Part shown: positions 46,195 to 59,479 of the stretch, in pieces
Layout of the letters: each line of letters opens with the position of its first letter
Numbering within the stretch: position 1 is the stretch's first letter
NCBI GenBank assembly: GCA_951406725.2
Contig: OX597816.1
Span: forward strand, 148,800,001-148,864,000
DNA from: Octopus vulgaris
Lineage: Eukaryota
Direction of reading: 5' to 3'
DNA: 64,000 nt
Program-made: the position numbers and the translations under genes
The notes under the pieces: generated by a model
Told to the model about the DNA's origin: nothing
Database searches by the model: none
What the model saw: the letters and a program-made list of their open reading frames with translations, nothing else

Positions 46195-46416
46195 CAGTAA
46201 TCCCTCGCCGTATCGCGGGTCACCTATCGCGGTTTATTATTTAAGCTTACGTCGATTCCTCCGTGATGTTGTTTCGCATTTATAATAAAATAAATGTATA
46301 CAAATTATCAAAATAATAATAAAAAAATACAGTACAGTACTGTTTTTACTTCACGGATTTTCACTTATCGCGTGGGGGTGTGAAACGTAACACCCGCGAT
46401 AGTCGAGGGATTACTG
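46195..46416. mobile_element. pogo/Tigger-type MITE
   Basis: TIRs CAGTAATCCCTCG / CGAGGGATTACTG with a TA TSD. An empty paralogous site lies at ~43588-43592. Confidence 0.88.
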
Positions 46417-46691
46417 TATATTGTTTGCAGGAGAGGGGCAGTGGCTGAGGGATCTAAGAAAAAGTTTAAATACACAATACTATGTATGACCATCAGTAGT
46501 ATAATGAAATTTGATCAACCATCGATATGAATGAGTCTCTCTTAACATACACGTTTTCAGTAGAAGAGTCAACAAAGAAAACTCTGAGTCATATCTCGAT
46601 CTGATAAAAAAAAAAAGATAGCGCCATATATCCTTTTAATAACATCCTATGTCCTTAAATGAAAATAGGAGCTATTTTTAAGTTGTAAATG

Positions 46692-46873
46692 GCAAAATGC
46701 TTAGCGGCATTGCGTCCGTTTTTACGTTCTGAGTTCAAATTCCGCCGATGAAGACTTTGCTTTTCATCCTTTCGGGCTCGATAAAACAAGTACCGGCTGA
46801 GTACTGGGGTCGATGTAATCAACTATCCCCCACCCCAAAGTTTCAGGCATTCTGCCTATAGTAGAAAATATTA
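46692..46873 (+). mobile_element. 5'-truncated SINE with 14-bp TSD
   Basis: TSD TTAAGTTGTAAATG at 46678-46691 and 46874-46887. The body matches the 764-1003 family. Confidence 0.88.
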
Positions 46874-46969
46874 TTAAGTTGTAAATGTCTGGAAAAAAAG
46901 ACATGGTAACACTGAAGTTTCATATACTGGATCACATCTGCAAACATAAACTAGAGCAATCCTAGAATA

Positions 46970-47087
<118 letters not shown>

Positions 47088-47623
47088 GAACGAATAAAAA
47101 TATGAATAAAAATATGGTGAAAGGCTAACCACTTCACTTCATTTGTGGATAGTTTGAAGGTTTTATTATCCTAAAGACCTCAGCAAAAAAAAATAGCACG
47201 AAAGGGCAGCTGGAAAGCAGAATAGAATACTGGTTAACATTGTTGTCAGTCAAGAAGCAGGTTTGGGGTTGTTGATGAGCTGACACACTCACGAGCTTCG
47301 CTAGGAAGAAAAATTAGGCTCACATCTCTCAGACAATTCTTACGAACAGATATCGAATGCAAAAACTGAAATGCACCACTCAGTTTGTATTTACTTACAA
47401 TATTCATGATATTAATGGATATGGATAATGTAAGAGTGACCGCATTTTTATATAGTTTTCAATACAGAACATATATTTTGTTATTTTGAATAAATTTAGG
47501 AACTTAGACTCGAGGGAAATATATCACAGCCTGCATGCTAGCCACGAGAGCAGCTTTTGACCGTTTCTTCACAAGATAACATGAAGGTTGCATTATCTGT
47601 ACTAAGATGATTGCTGGAAGATA

Positions 47624-48493
47624 CGAGGTCGTATCAAAACGTTCCGGGGTTAGTTAAGAAATAACTTATTCACCTAAGTTTTAACATCATCACCTTCGAA
47701 ATAGTCCCTTTGTGCAGCAATACGCCGGTCTCAGCGTTCCTGCCACTTTTGAAATCCAGCCTGGAAGTCGTTTTCCCCAAGCGAGTCGAGAACCTTCTGC
47801 GATTTTCTCTGGATCTCGTCAACGGTGTTAAAACGGCGACCTTTGAGCTGCATTTTCATCTTGGAGAAGAGATGGGAGTCGACAGGTGCTAAATCTGGTG
47901 AATGGGGCGGATGCGGAAACGATACCATGTTGTTTTTGGTGAGAAAGTCACGAGTGAGGAGAGCTCAGTGACAGGGCGCATTGACGTCGTGAGGAATCCA
48001 ATTATTCGGACTCCATAGATCCTGTCGCTTTTGCCGAATGTCCTCCATCAAACGCTTCGAAACGTCGTTGATTGTCCTCCGACGATCCTCAGGCACAAGC
48101 TGATGAACTTTCTCTACATCTCCGTGAATGACGCTCGTGGCAAGTCTTCCAAATCGCTCTTCGTCTTCCGCTTTTGGATTTCTTCCGCTTTTGAAGCACC
48201 CGTGACTCTCGAAACATTGCGTACGACTCATTGCCTTGTCATCGTAAGCTTGCCGAAGCATGCTCAATGTTTCAGTTGCAGATTTGCCAAGTTTAACGCA
48301 ACTTACTGTCCATGACAAAAATACACGTGATCACAAAAACACAAATTTCACAACTTGTGAAGTAAACACAGCGATGTCACTCGGTACACTACCTCATGAA
48401 GGTCACTGCCAGCTCTCGCTATGCGCGCAACCGTGTGCTGCCATCTGTTGGCGCACTACAGAACTAGTCCTGGAACATTTTGAAACCATCTCG
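47624..48493 (-). mobile_element. Internally deleted mariner transposon (~870 bp)
   Basis: Imperfect TIRs CGAGGTCGTATCAAAACGTTCC / GGAACATTTTGAAACCATCTCG with TA flanks. Motifs CVKLGKSATETL and PHPPHSPDLAPVDSHLF..LKGRRF are present; the WVPH/first-D region is missing. Confidence 0.92.
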
Positions 48494-48691
48494 TACAATG
48501 TTACGAAATCTTTTCAGCAGTCTCCTGCGATAGCAGCACGGCGGACTGCAACAAGCACATGGAACTCGATCTCAAGATGCACGTGTACCTTCAGTAGCAC
48601 GATGTGCCAAACTTTTCGGGAGGTAAACAAGAGACTGTGGACTGTTAAGCTACCTTAACCATTTGTTATAGCTCTCTGCAGAAGTGGTGCG

Positions 48692-49002
48692 AAAGTTGAA
48701 TTTACCTTTTTTAATTTCCGAGCTCATTAGATATGTGTCAATAATATGAGTTAATTCGATTAAATAGAGAGATTGGGATGCTAGTCGGCTACATAAGAGT
48801 CAAATCATCAGGATTGCGTAATTTGTCCTGTAATCTCTATTTGAAAATGAGCAACTGGAAGAAATAGATCTCGACTTAGTATCACAGTATACGGTGTATG
48901 GTAAGGGAAATTCTTTCCGAATGGAGTATAATTGATCGAATTAACTCATATTACTGACACATATCTAATGAGCTCGGAAATTAAAAAGGTAAATTCAACT
49001 TT
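48692..49002. repeat. Inverted repeat, ~70-bp arms
   Basis: 48692-48763 is nearly the exact reverse complement of 48931-49002. Confidence 0.9.
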
Positions 49003-50389
49003 TGTTAGAACTGAACTTGGAACCGAAAGGAACAAAAGTAATTATTAAGAGGAGTTTTGTTCAATGATGTGTTAGCTATTACAATTCACTACTCTTTACC
49101 ATAGCAGAAATAAAGAATCGTTAATTCCATTAAGATAAGGTCAGCCGCAGTTATTTGGATTTGGAGCCGAGACGGAGCGTGAATAATTATTTGATTCATC
49201 CACTCCAAGAACTTCGACTATTTCTGCCCACAACTTTGCCCTTTAGTTAATGTACAATACTGTAATATTTCGACTCACAATTGTCTAAAACAATAGGGTA
49301 CCGAACTAGCAGCTTGCAACACTATATTTGATATAATGGACATTCACAGACGTGTGAGGTGAAAGTGAAGTGAAAGAACTCAGATTACTGACAGCTTAGA
49401 AGCAGTCTGAAGTGGTTAACACAAAGAAAGAAACAGACAATCAATGAAAAGTGCAGCTTGGATTATTTAGCGTGAAGGTCAGCGGAGACAACAAGCATTT
49501 TAACTATGAATTCAGAGAAGAAATGGCAATTTAAATATCTCAATAATTATGTTACTTTCAACCTTCCATACTAAATAGAAACGTCTTCTGTATATCAATT
49601 ATCGTATATTATTTTGAGTAGCGAGTTATATTTTATATCTTCTGACATTAAATCTATTTAGGATTTATGATATGAATCCACAAAATCATACTTAACCCCA
49701 TACTCTGAACATCACTAGATATCAATATTAATATTAATATCATAATGCAATATAGCCCAGATTTATTGTGGCTTTATAGATTTATCACACAGGTTATGAG
49801 CTTATATCTTTATTACACCAATATGATTATTAAAATTCACCAGGGTAATGGGATATTGCGATGTTCATATCTTTAACGAAGACATTATCAATTATTGAAA
49901 TCGCGTGTCATCTTGACTTGCACTACTCCAATCGCCACCTTGTTTGTAATATCCATGTTTTTACTAAAAGTCACAAATACGTGAAGGGAGGGCTTAGTTT
50001 ATAGAATCCTCCTTTGTGTATCACTGGCACTTATTTTTTTTATATCAATCCTGGAAAGGTGAAATTCGATGCCATATGAAGATAAAGAGACAAAAGGAAA
50101 TGCTGAAAAAGAGTTTAATTTCAGATCTCTTATCAAATCTGCTACTTTATTGCTCTCCATGTGTTCATATAGTATCTATATTACATAGGCAATAATGCCA
50201 CAGATTTATAAGGCAAGCGTTTAGTCAACTGACACTGATTAATCCCGGTATATGCATGGTAATTACTTTCTCCAAGTTGACGAAATGAAAAATGACGACA
50301 GAAATTGTATCTTGTAATGACAGGCAACAATTTCCTTTGTACATTACACAACCATTTTACTCCAGCATTGACAATAATTATAATAACGG

Positions 50390-50565
50390 TTTCAAATTTT
50401 GGTACTAGACCAGAAATTTTAGGGGAAGGGGTAAGTTGATATCATCGAATCTAGTACTTGACTGGTACTTATTATATCAGCCCCGAAAGGCTGAAGAACA
50501 AAGTTGACCTCGGCAGCATTTGAACTCAAAACATCGGAAGAAATACCGCTAACGATTCTTTCAGC
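50390..50565 (-). mobile_element. SINE (764-1003 family), reverse orientation
   Basis: TGGTACTTATT..CCCCGAAAGG..AAAGTTGACCTCGGCAGCATTTGAACTC. Confidence 0.8.
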
Positions 50566-50602
50566 TCGTAATGATAATGATATAACAATAATAATAATAA
50601 TC

Positions 50603-51301
50603 AACCTTTTTAGGATGTGTGGCAGCAGAAACGAAACAATCTCACATATTGTGACTGAGTGTAGCATGCTGACCCAAAAGCACTACAAAAGGAGGCATGA
50701 TAACGTGCCAATGTGAAAAGTACGGCCTGGACAGAACACGGAAATGATACGAACATGAACCAGAAGGAGCCACCGAGAGCAAGGAATATAAGATACTGTG
50801 GGATATTACAATCCAATATGACTCCCTAAACGATGCTCGGAGATCAGATATTGTTGTGGTAGATGAAGGAAAAAAGGAAACCAAGATTATAGATATTGCA
50901 ATACCTGGGGATGCATGTATAAGTGATAAAGAACTTGAAAAGATTGGAAAATACAGACTTCTAAAAGGCGAAATTGCAAAAATGTGGACTATAAGGGAAG
51001 TGTCTGTCATTCCAGTAGTTGTAGGGGCACTCGGAGCACTAACAACCAAGTTGAGAAATATGTTAGAGAAATCGGAATGGACATAAGAGCAGAGCGAGCA
51101 AAAGAAAACTGCTCTGCTGGGGACAGCTAGGATGTTGAGGTTGGTATTTGGATGTTGAATGTCTCCCACGATATTTAACAACCAAGTATCAAAGCTTATA
51201 GTGTGCAGACAGACCTTGTGAGACCTCTGACAGCAGGTTGCTGTCCGTTCTCACAGACTCTATCAGAACAAACATGACCAAGTGTTATGAGAAGTATTAT
51301 G
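50603..51301 (+). mobile_element. R4/Dong LINE 3' fragment (CCHC + REL + 3'UTR)
   Basis: RMCGSRNETISHIVTEC..RRHD, ILWDITIQ..RRSDIVVVD..IIDIAIPGD and VIPVVVGALG. (TAA)n flanks both sides. Confidence 0.88.
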
Positions 51302-51377
<76 letters not shown>

Positions 51378-51451
51378 TGATGATGATGATGATGATGATG
51401 AAAATAATAATAATGGTAATAATAATAATGATAATAATAATAATAATAATA

Positions 51452-51508
<57 letters not shown>
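51302..51508. repeat. (TAA)n/(TGA)n switching to (TTA)n
   Basis: Read directly; the strand switch is at ~51453. Confidence 0.95.
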
Positions 51509-51509
51509 A

Positions 51510-52465
51510 AGTGTTAACTGCAAACGTAAACAGACTGTATATGAAAAGAAAGGTGGCAGAGGACTAATTAGTATAGACCATTGTATAAGCAATTCTTCGG
51601 AACGTTAGAAGGAGACAATGGGGAAAATGTTGCTCCTGATGCAAATCAAGCCAAGAAGTTCTGGAGCGGGTTATGGGGAAACAATGGATGCAATGTGGAT
51701 AGGATGCAATGAGAATAGGAACTATCAAGACAGAATTGCAAGGAGGAAAGAAACAAAGGAATATTGTCATAAGTACGAGTGATGTGAAAGAACAAGTGGG
51801 TAAAGTGCCTAACTAGAAAGCCCCCGGACCAGACGGGGTTCATGGCTTCTGACTGAAGAGATTGCACGCGGTGCTTGAAAGACTAGCAGCCCAATTGAAT
51901 GAGTGTGTCCAGAAAGGTACAGTCCCCACGTGGATGGTGACTGAGAGGACAACACTTGTAATGAAAGATAGAAGAAAAGGGAATATTATGGGAAACTACC
52001 ATCCCATAGCATACCTAAACATAATCTGGGAACTGCTCACTAGAATATGTGGGGCAAAGTCATACACTTTCCTGGCATACACTACCAAGGGAACAAAAAG
52101 GATGTAGGAAGAGTTCTCAAAGTACCAAGGATCACCTGGTCATCGATAAAACAGTTTTTAGGCATTGTAAAAAACATCATACAAACAAGTCTATGGCTTG
52201 GATTGACTTTAAGAAGGCATATGATTTGATACCTCATTCTTTAACTGTTGAATGCCTGCAGATTTTGCTGACAACATCACAAATTTTCTGATGCATAGCA
52301 TGAAAGAGTGGAAAACCAAATTGTACTCAAGTAATGCATTCCTTGGAGAAGTTAATATTAAAAGGGGAATCTTCCAAAGTGACTCGTTTTTCTTCGTTAT
52401 TTTTTGTAATTGCACCAATACCCATAACAATGATACTTAGGAAAGTTTACAAGGGTTACAATCTT
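51510..52465 (+). mobile_element. R4/Dong LINE RT fragment(s)
   Basis: [44 protein letters not shown] and GIFQSDS. Confidence 0.87.
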
Positions 52466-52676
52466 AATTTTTTCCCCGCCTGAACGTGAATGTTCGTGAT
52501 CCCCTTAAACAGTTTTATGCGTTCCCTGTCATTCTATGTGGCTAGCCAGAATCTGGATTTTTATACCTGCCTGGCTTCTAAATCCCTATTCTTTTATGTT
52601 GTACATACATACATACATACATACATACATACATACATACATACATACATACATACATACATACATACATACATAC

Positions 52677-53110
52677 CGGAGTGGCTGTGTGGGTAAGAAG
52701 CTTGCCTTCTAACCACATGGTTCTGGGTTCAGTCCCACTGCGGGACACCTAGGGCAAGTGTCTTCTACTATAGCCTCGGGCCGACCAAAACCATGTGAGT
52801 GGATTTGGTAGACGGAAACTGAAAGAAACCCGTCATATATGTGTATATGCGCGTGTGTGTGTGTATGTATGTACATGTATGTGTGCATGTGTGTATGTTT
52901 GTGTTTGTGTTTGTCCTCCACCACCGTTTGACAACCGGTGTTGGTGTGTTTATGTGCCTGTAACTTAGAGGTTCGGCAAAAGAAACCGATAGTATAAGTA
53001 CCAGGCTTAGCAAAAAATATTAAGTACTGGGATCGATTCATTCGACTAAAATTCTTCAAGGTGGTGCCCCATCATGGCCACAGTCTAATGACTGAATCAA
53101 GTAAAAGAAT
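52677..53110 (+). mobile_element. tRNA-derived (CORE-like) SINE, near full length
   Basis: A-box TGGCTGTGTGG, B-box GGTTCAGTCCC and core ACCTAGGGCAAGTGTCTT. It resembles the octopus OR/OK-type SINEs (recognition from memory). Confidence 0.8.
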
Positions 53111-53199
53111 ACATACTTGTGTGTGTGTGTGTGCGTGTGTGTGTCTGTGTGTGTGTGTGTGTGTGTCTGTGTCTGTGTTAAATAAAATGAAACAACAAA

Positions 53200-53735
53200 G
53201 CCAAGGCTGTGTGGAATTTTGAGGACATTTATAAAGAGAAAGTTAGTCTTACAACTGTTTCAGAGATATTAGGGATATCCTTTCATCAAAGAAGACGTGT
53301 GGTGATTAAATAGAGGGAAATAGAGTTCAGTAGTTATTTTGGAAAAGGAAGAAAATAAGGATTATATAGGGAAATAGGAGAATGATTGTGGAAATAAAAA
53401 TAAAAGCGTATAAAAATGTTATAGTTGCAGTCCATTATTCAAGAAAAGTGGTGTGTAGAAGTGGTAGAAATGCTCCATGTCCGTGGTATGTAAATTCCAA
53501 TAGCAGTTCCTATTTTGTCATCACAAATGGAAAGTGTGAAGACGTAGATTCTATGTGCTCTTCATTCAAAGGGGTCTTGTGGTGTGAATGAAAATTTGAG
53601 AATGTATTGGTAGTATTAAAGACCCGCATTAGACTCCTCACTAGTATCAATATCGAGCCGAGAGTTTAACTACGGTCCTTCCATAGCACTTACATGGCGT
53701 TACCTGTCACCTTGAGGTCTTCTGAATACCAATAC

Positions 53736-53740
<5 letters not shown>
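53200..53740 (-). mobile_element. Penelope-like 3'/terminal-repeat relic with degenerate hammerhead motif
   Basis: Minus strand 53296-53246 reads GTCTTCT-TTGATGA-AAGGATAT..ATATCTCT-GAAACAGTTGTA-AGAC. Confidence 0.5.
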
Positions 53741-53799
<59 letters not shown>

Positions 53800-53934
53800 G
53801 TATTGGTATATAATCACTCTGGTCAGCTGTTCATCAATCGGAGAAAAAACACACTCTAGAGGAAATTTGGAGCAATTATAAGTAGACGAGCAGTTGAGTA
53901 GTATATCCTTGGTTAAGGTATATTACCGGTTACA

Positions 53935-53995
53935 AAGTGACCAATGGTTTCACGTCTACTATTGCACTTGGCAATATAGGCGACTCATCAGACCT
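53935..53995 (-). ncRNA. Putative minimal type-I hammerhead ribozyme
   Basis: AGGT-CUGAUGA-[stem II GTCGCCTATATTGC/GCAATAGTAGACGT]-GAAA-CCATTGG-UC-ACTT. The core is complete, stem I is AGGU/ACUU, stem III is palindromic and the cleavage triplet is GUC. Confidence 0.6.
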
Positions 53996-54137
53996 GCTAA
54001 CCGGAAGCACACAGCTTCTTTACTCATGGAGGTAAAAATAGTCATGGTTAGTGTAGCGGAACCAAAATAAACAATCTAAAAGATTCCTGCTATAATTTTA
54101 CCTTCATTACTAAAGAGGCTACGTGTCTTCCGCCAGT

Positions 54138-54198
54138 AGCTCTGATGAATTGCCTATATTGCCAATTGCAACAGTAAACTTGAAACCAATGGTAACTT
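54138..54198 (+). ncRNA. Second, more decayed hammerhead copy in inverted orientation
   Basis: AGCT-CTGATGA-ATTGCCTATATTGCCAATTGCAACAGTAAACTT-GAAACCAATGGTA-ACTT. Confidence 0.45.
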
Positions 54199-55379
54199 TC
54201 AGATCGGTTATATGCCATATAATCTATATATATATATTATAATTATCTTATACTATATGTATATATAGTGTGTGTGTGTGTGTGTGTATCTGGAGGTGAG
54301 TATATATGTGTATATATTGACTATAAATTTGGTGATGGTGAGGTACAAAACTAACTGTTTCATCTTTAGAGATTCAAGGCAACTGATTTTAGACTAACAT
54401 ATGTATAATGACCATTTCCTACTTTTAATCTGTCATACAAACTGAGAAATCTGTTCAGTTTCTTAGATCAGTGATATTCTAATGGCAGTCGTGAAATTAA
54501 TTAAAGAATCTAAAGCTATAATTGAATTACGCAAACATCGCCGACCTAACATGAAATAAACGCATTATAGTTATACAAGTGCATTAGCAAGAATTAAACT
54601 GGTTTTGTCAAAACTATATTGTGTTTTTCACCTGGTACCACTCAGTCTACAACACTGAACATGACACGTCAGCTCTGTTTAGAGCTTCTTGACATACGAT
54701 TGTTTAATAAAGTCAGCTATTCATTTTCTTCTTTTTTCATTTTTTCTTTCTTTTGTTTCTAAGATTTTCACATTCTTTTTTTTTTTTTGTAACCAGTATT
54801 CATTGGTTTCACAACTTCTTCAGTATTGCATTCGTATTAAAGACACTTAAATCTCAAAGGCCTTGTTCAACTTAAAGAAAATGGGTAACACGAAATAGTG
54901 TAGATTACCTTCGTAAGCACGGCATGCTCACGAGTGTTTCATTAGTATTCAGAGCCGATTTCAACTCCATCTGTCTATAGATTTTGAAAAGGTGATATTC
55001 TATATATAAGTTTACATTTAAACAAAGTTCCCAGCGCAGATATAAAGAGTGGTTGAAAGAAAACAGCTAACACAGCATCTAGCGGGGCTTGAACTCATAC
55101 TTCATTGTTGACTCACCGGTGTAATAACTGTATACATAAAAACAAAGTATTCAGCTGTGCTCCATGGTGGATAGAATATATTTTCTAAGGACTAACGTTG
55201 ATTAATTGCATTTGGCCAAATATGTAAGTGCTTTGAATATGTGTGTGCACATTTTAGTTTGTTTTTTTTTTTAGCATCCCTTCTATATGGGCTGTGAATG
55301 TTGTAGAGATATTGTATGCAATTCCTAGCATTTTTATCTTTTGTACTTACAATATGCTCACGTCGTTAAGTGTAATAAT

Positions 55380-56420
55380 TAGTTGTAATTGATGTGTTCT
55401 AGAGTTGCTCGAAGTAAAAGGAACGGTGGAATAATAGGTGATACTGTAAGCCTCTTATTATAGTTTTAGGACAAGTTTTCCAAGTAGGGTTGAAGAAATT
55501 GCGCAGTTTCATCTGTGAAATGATATGCTGTAATTGCGATGTTATTTGTAAGTAAGGCGTCAATATATATTGACGAGATGTGAGAGGATCATATAAGGTT
55601 AAAGAGAGTTGATAAGATGCTAGATCTTTGAAGTACTCTATTCGAGAAACTGCAAATTCTAGATGTTGAATATTATATAGGCTTCTTAACTTTAGATGTA
55701 GTTTGTTTATCGATGTTTGGTGATTTTGTTGTTGCTATTGCAATTGTTGTTTGACCCCAGATAATCTTGATCGAGCAGAATTATGTTCAAAATCGTATCA
55801 GCTCTGAAGATGTAGAAATACTTTATTTATATAAAAATATGACTTAATATGTTTTCTATTTATAAGATAGTAGAATGTTCTTTGAGAAGACTTTCATGCT
55901 ATTTCTAACAGATTAAGTGGCTATATAATAGCTTCTTTCCCGAATATTTAATATAAGTGGGTTACAAAAATTCATTGATGTTTTTGGTACTTAGAAAGGT
56001 GCATAATGGGGTTATTTATTGTTGAAGGCGTTGTGTATTTTTAGTGAGCTTTATGGATTATAGTCGAGTGTAATGGTCTAAATCCGTATCATAGTATAAG
56101 GATGAAAATGCATGGGCTTGTGATGCAAAGGGTAAGCTTTTCTAAAGTGTATAAGTGTGTGCATAGGAAAGATTCTATGAGTCATTTTGATTTTTATTAT
56201 GCTTTAAAACTGAAATTATTTCGTTCAGTTTTCAAATTCTACGTGTTTGGATTTGTTGAAAACTAATAGTTGTAGATGTTGGGAATGCACTGATTCTTTC
56301 AGGCCCTTTGTATTATAAGTTTATGATTGTGATCTTGTTGGAGCCGAAGTCTTTTTGCGTTTAGGCAGTTCCTTGTTACTTTACTTATGTCTAGTTGGAG
56401 AATGAGGTGGGAATCATGAT
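55380..56420 (-). mobile_element. Very decayed Penelope-like RT relic
   Basis: Minus strand shows faint AF.IL..D...TRL.NP-like and KDFG-like remnants of a PLE RT N-terminus. Confidence 0.35.
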
Positions 56421-56652
56421 TTATGCATATCTTGCATTTTATGTTCCAATCTGACTCTCCCGTTGATTTAACAGCCTACTAAACTAATTCTAACTCGCTG
56501 AAAGGTGCACATTTGCACGACAGATGGAATATAGTCAGAAAAGAAATGTTTCCTTATATGCACGTGATATTTATGTATGTTTTGACATATATATTGAACG
56601 CATAACTTTCAGGTAAATCAGATCATAAACTCTGTGTTCCTCTTGCTCTCAC

Positions 56653-56721
<69 letters not shown>

Positions 56722-56774
56722 GCACAGATTGCACGTATGTATGTGTGTATTATGTATGTATGTGCATATACATG

Positions 56775-56836
<62 letters not shown>

Positions 56837-56968
56837 CACACGGAGTAAATAATTCACGAGAAAATACTTGCGGAGATATCATTAACTGTAACAATTAAAA
56901 AATGATAACAGAATCAATAATATAGGCGATGCAGGCCCAAAAAAAGCATTAAATAACTGAAGGAATAA

Positions 56969-57091
56969 AATTAATCAAAGGTCATACCAAGAATGTCTTT
57001 CAGCTGGAAATAACAGTCTAAACTCTCGTTTATATGAGAGTTTTGACTGCTATTTCCAGCAGGTAGACATTCTTAGTATGTCCTTTGATTA

Positions 57092-57093
<2 letters not shown>
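56969..57093. repeat. Long hairpin (~58-bp arms, short loop)
   Basis: AATTAATCAAAGG..GAATGTCT..GCTGGAAATAACAGTC.AAACTCTC / GAGAGTTT.GACTGCTATTTCCAGC..AGACATTC..CCTTTGATTAATT. Confidence 0.88.
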
Positions 57094-57129
<36 letters not shown>

Positions 57130-57153
57130 CCATAAATATATATATATATATAA

Positions 57154-58395
<1,242 letters not shown>

Positions 58396-58574
58396 ACACA
58401 TACATATATACATATATACAGGGTGCAGTAATTAAACTGTCGTCTAAATTACGCTAAAATGAAAATAACATTGACATCTCAATTTAACAGATATGCTTAC
58501 TAAAATTACATTAAAATATCTTGAAATAGATAGGAGTAGAAAGTTGTAGCTTTTAAGGAGAAACATAGTAGGCG

Positions 58575-58790
58575 CAGGTAAATTTCTGTCATTTTAGCAG
58601 TATAACTACGCACGTGTTAGTGATTATTTTCCTTCTTTAGACTTTTCCGTTTTCCTTTCCGATGAAGAACTATGCTCGAAACGTCAGAAGCTCTCTCTTC
58701 TTACCGAGTGTCAGTCTAATATATTCCATGTACACATCCTCTTGTCTGTTATTGGTATTTTTTAATGTTCGTTTATTCGATTTGACTATA
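58575..58790 (+). mobile_element. Penelope-like terminal fragment with hammerhead-like motif
   Basis: TTT-CCGATGA-A-GAAC-TAT-GCTC-GAAACGTC-AGA at 58656-58688, ending in (TA)n. Confidence 0.5.
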
Positions 58791-58858
58791 TATATATATG
58801 TATGTAAGTATATATGTATGTATGTATATTTGTATATGCATATGTGTGTATATATATG

Positions 58859-58890
<32 letters not shown>

Positions 58891-59479
58891 TGTATGTATG
58901 TATGTATGTATGTATGTATGTATGTGTATGTATGTTTTATGTATGTATGCGATTTTTCAAGGTAGCCTAACAATTGCATGCAACACTGAGGTTAGCTAGT
59001 TAGTGTATTTATGGTTCGGGTTTTTTTCTTTACGTTGTTAGTAATTTTATTTTATCTATTGCTGAATTTACACTCATATAAATTCTTTATCATTGTATTT
59101 ATTCCGCTTTAGTAGTCGTCAAGACATAGTTTTAGTATACAATAGTTCATGTATGTTTATTCCTATTATTTAATTTCGTGTAGCAAGCACAAGTCAAATG
59201 TTTGTTTAACCATTTAATTTCTTTTATCGTAAAGAATTTTAATCTCTTTGCAGATAGATTAAGTACACTTACTACGTTGGTCTCACTGATGTATGTAATA
59301 CGTGTGTTAGCAATTTGATGTAATTGTGGTTTGTAATTTTTCTTTGTTACTAGTAATTTAATTGATTTGTTGTTTTGTAACATTCGTGTAATGTCTTTTT
59401 CCATTTAATTTATTCTGTCTTAGTAGTCATTAGTACATAAGTTTAGTCGGTAATAGTGTCTGTATTCCTTTTCATTTAA

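Noticed and set aside
52677-52745. tRNA gene
   Set aside because: It has A and B boxes but no complete cloverleaf and continues into a SINE body.
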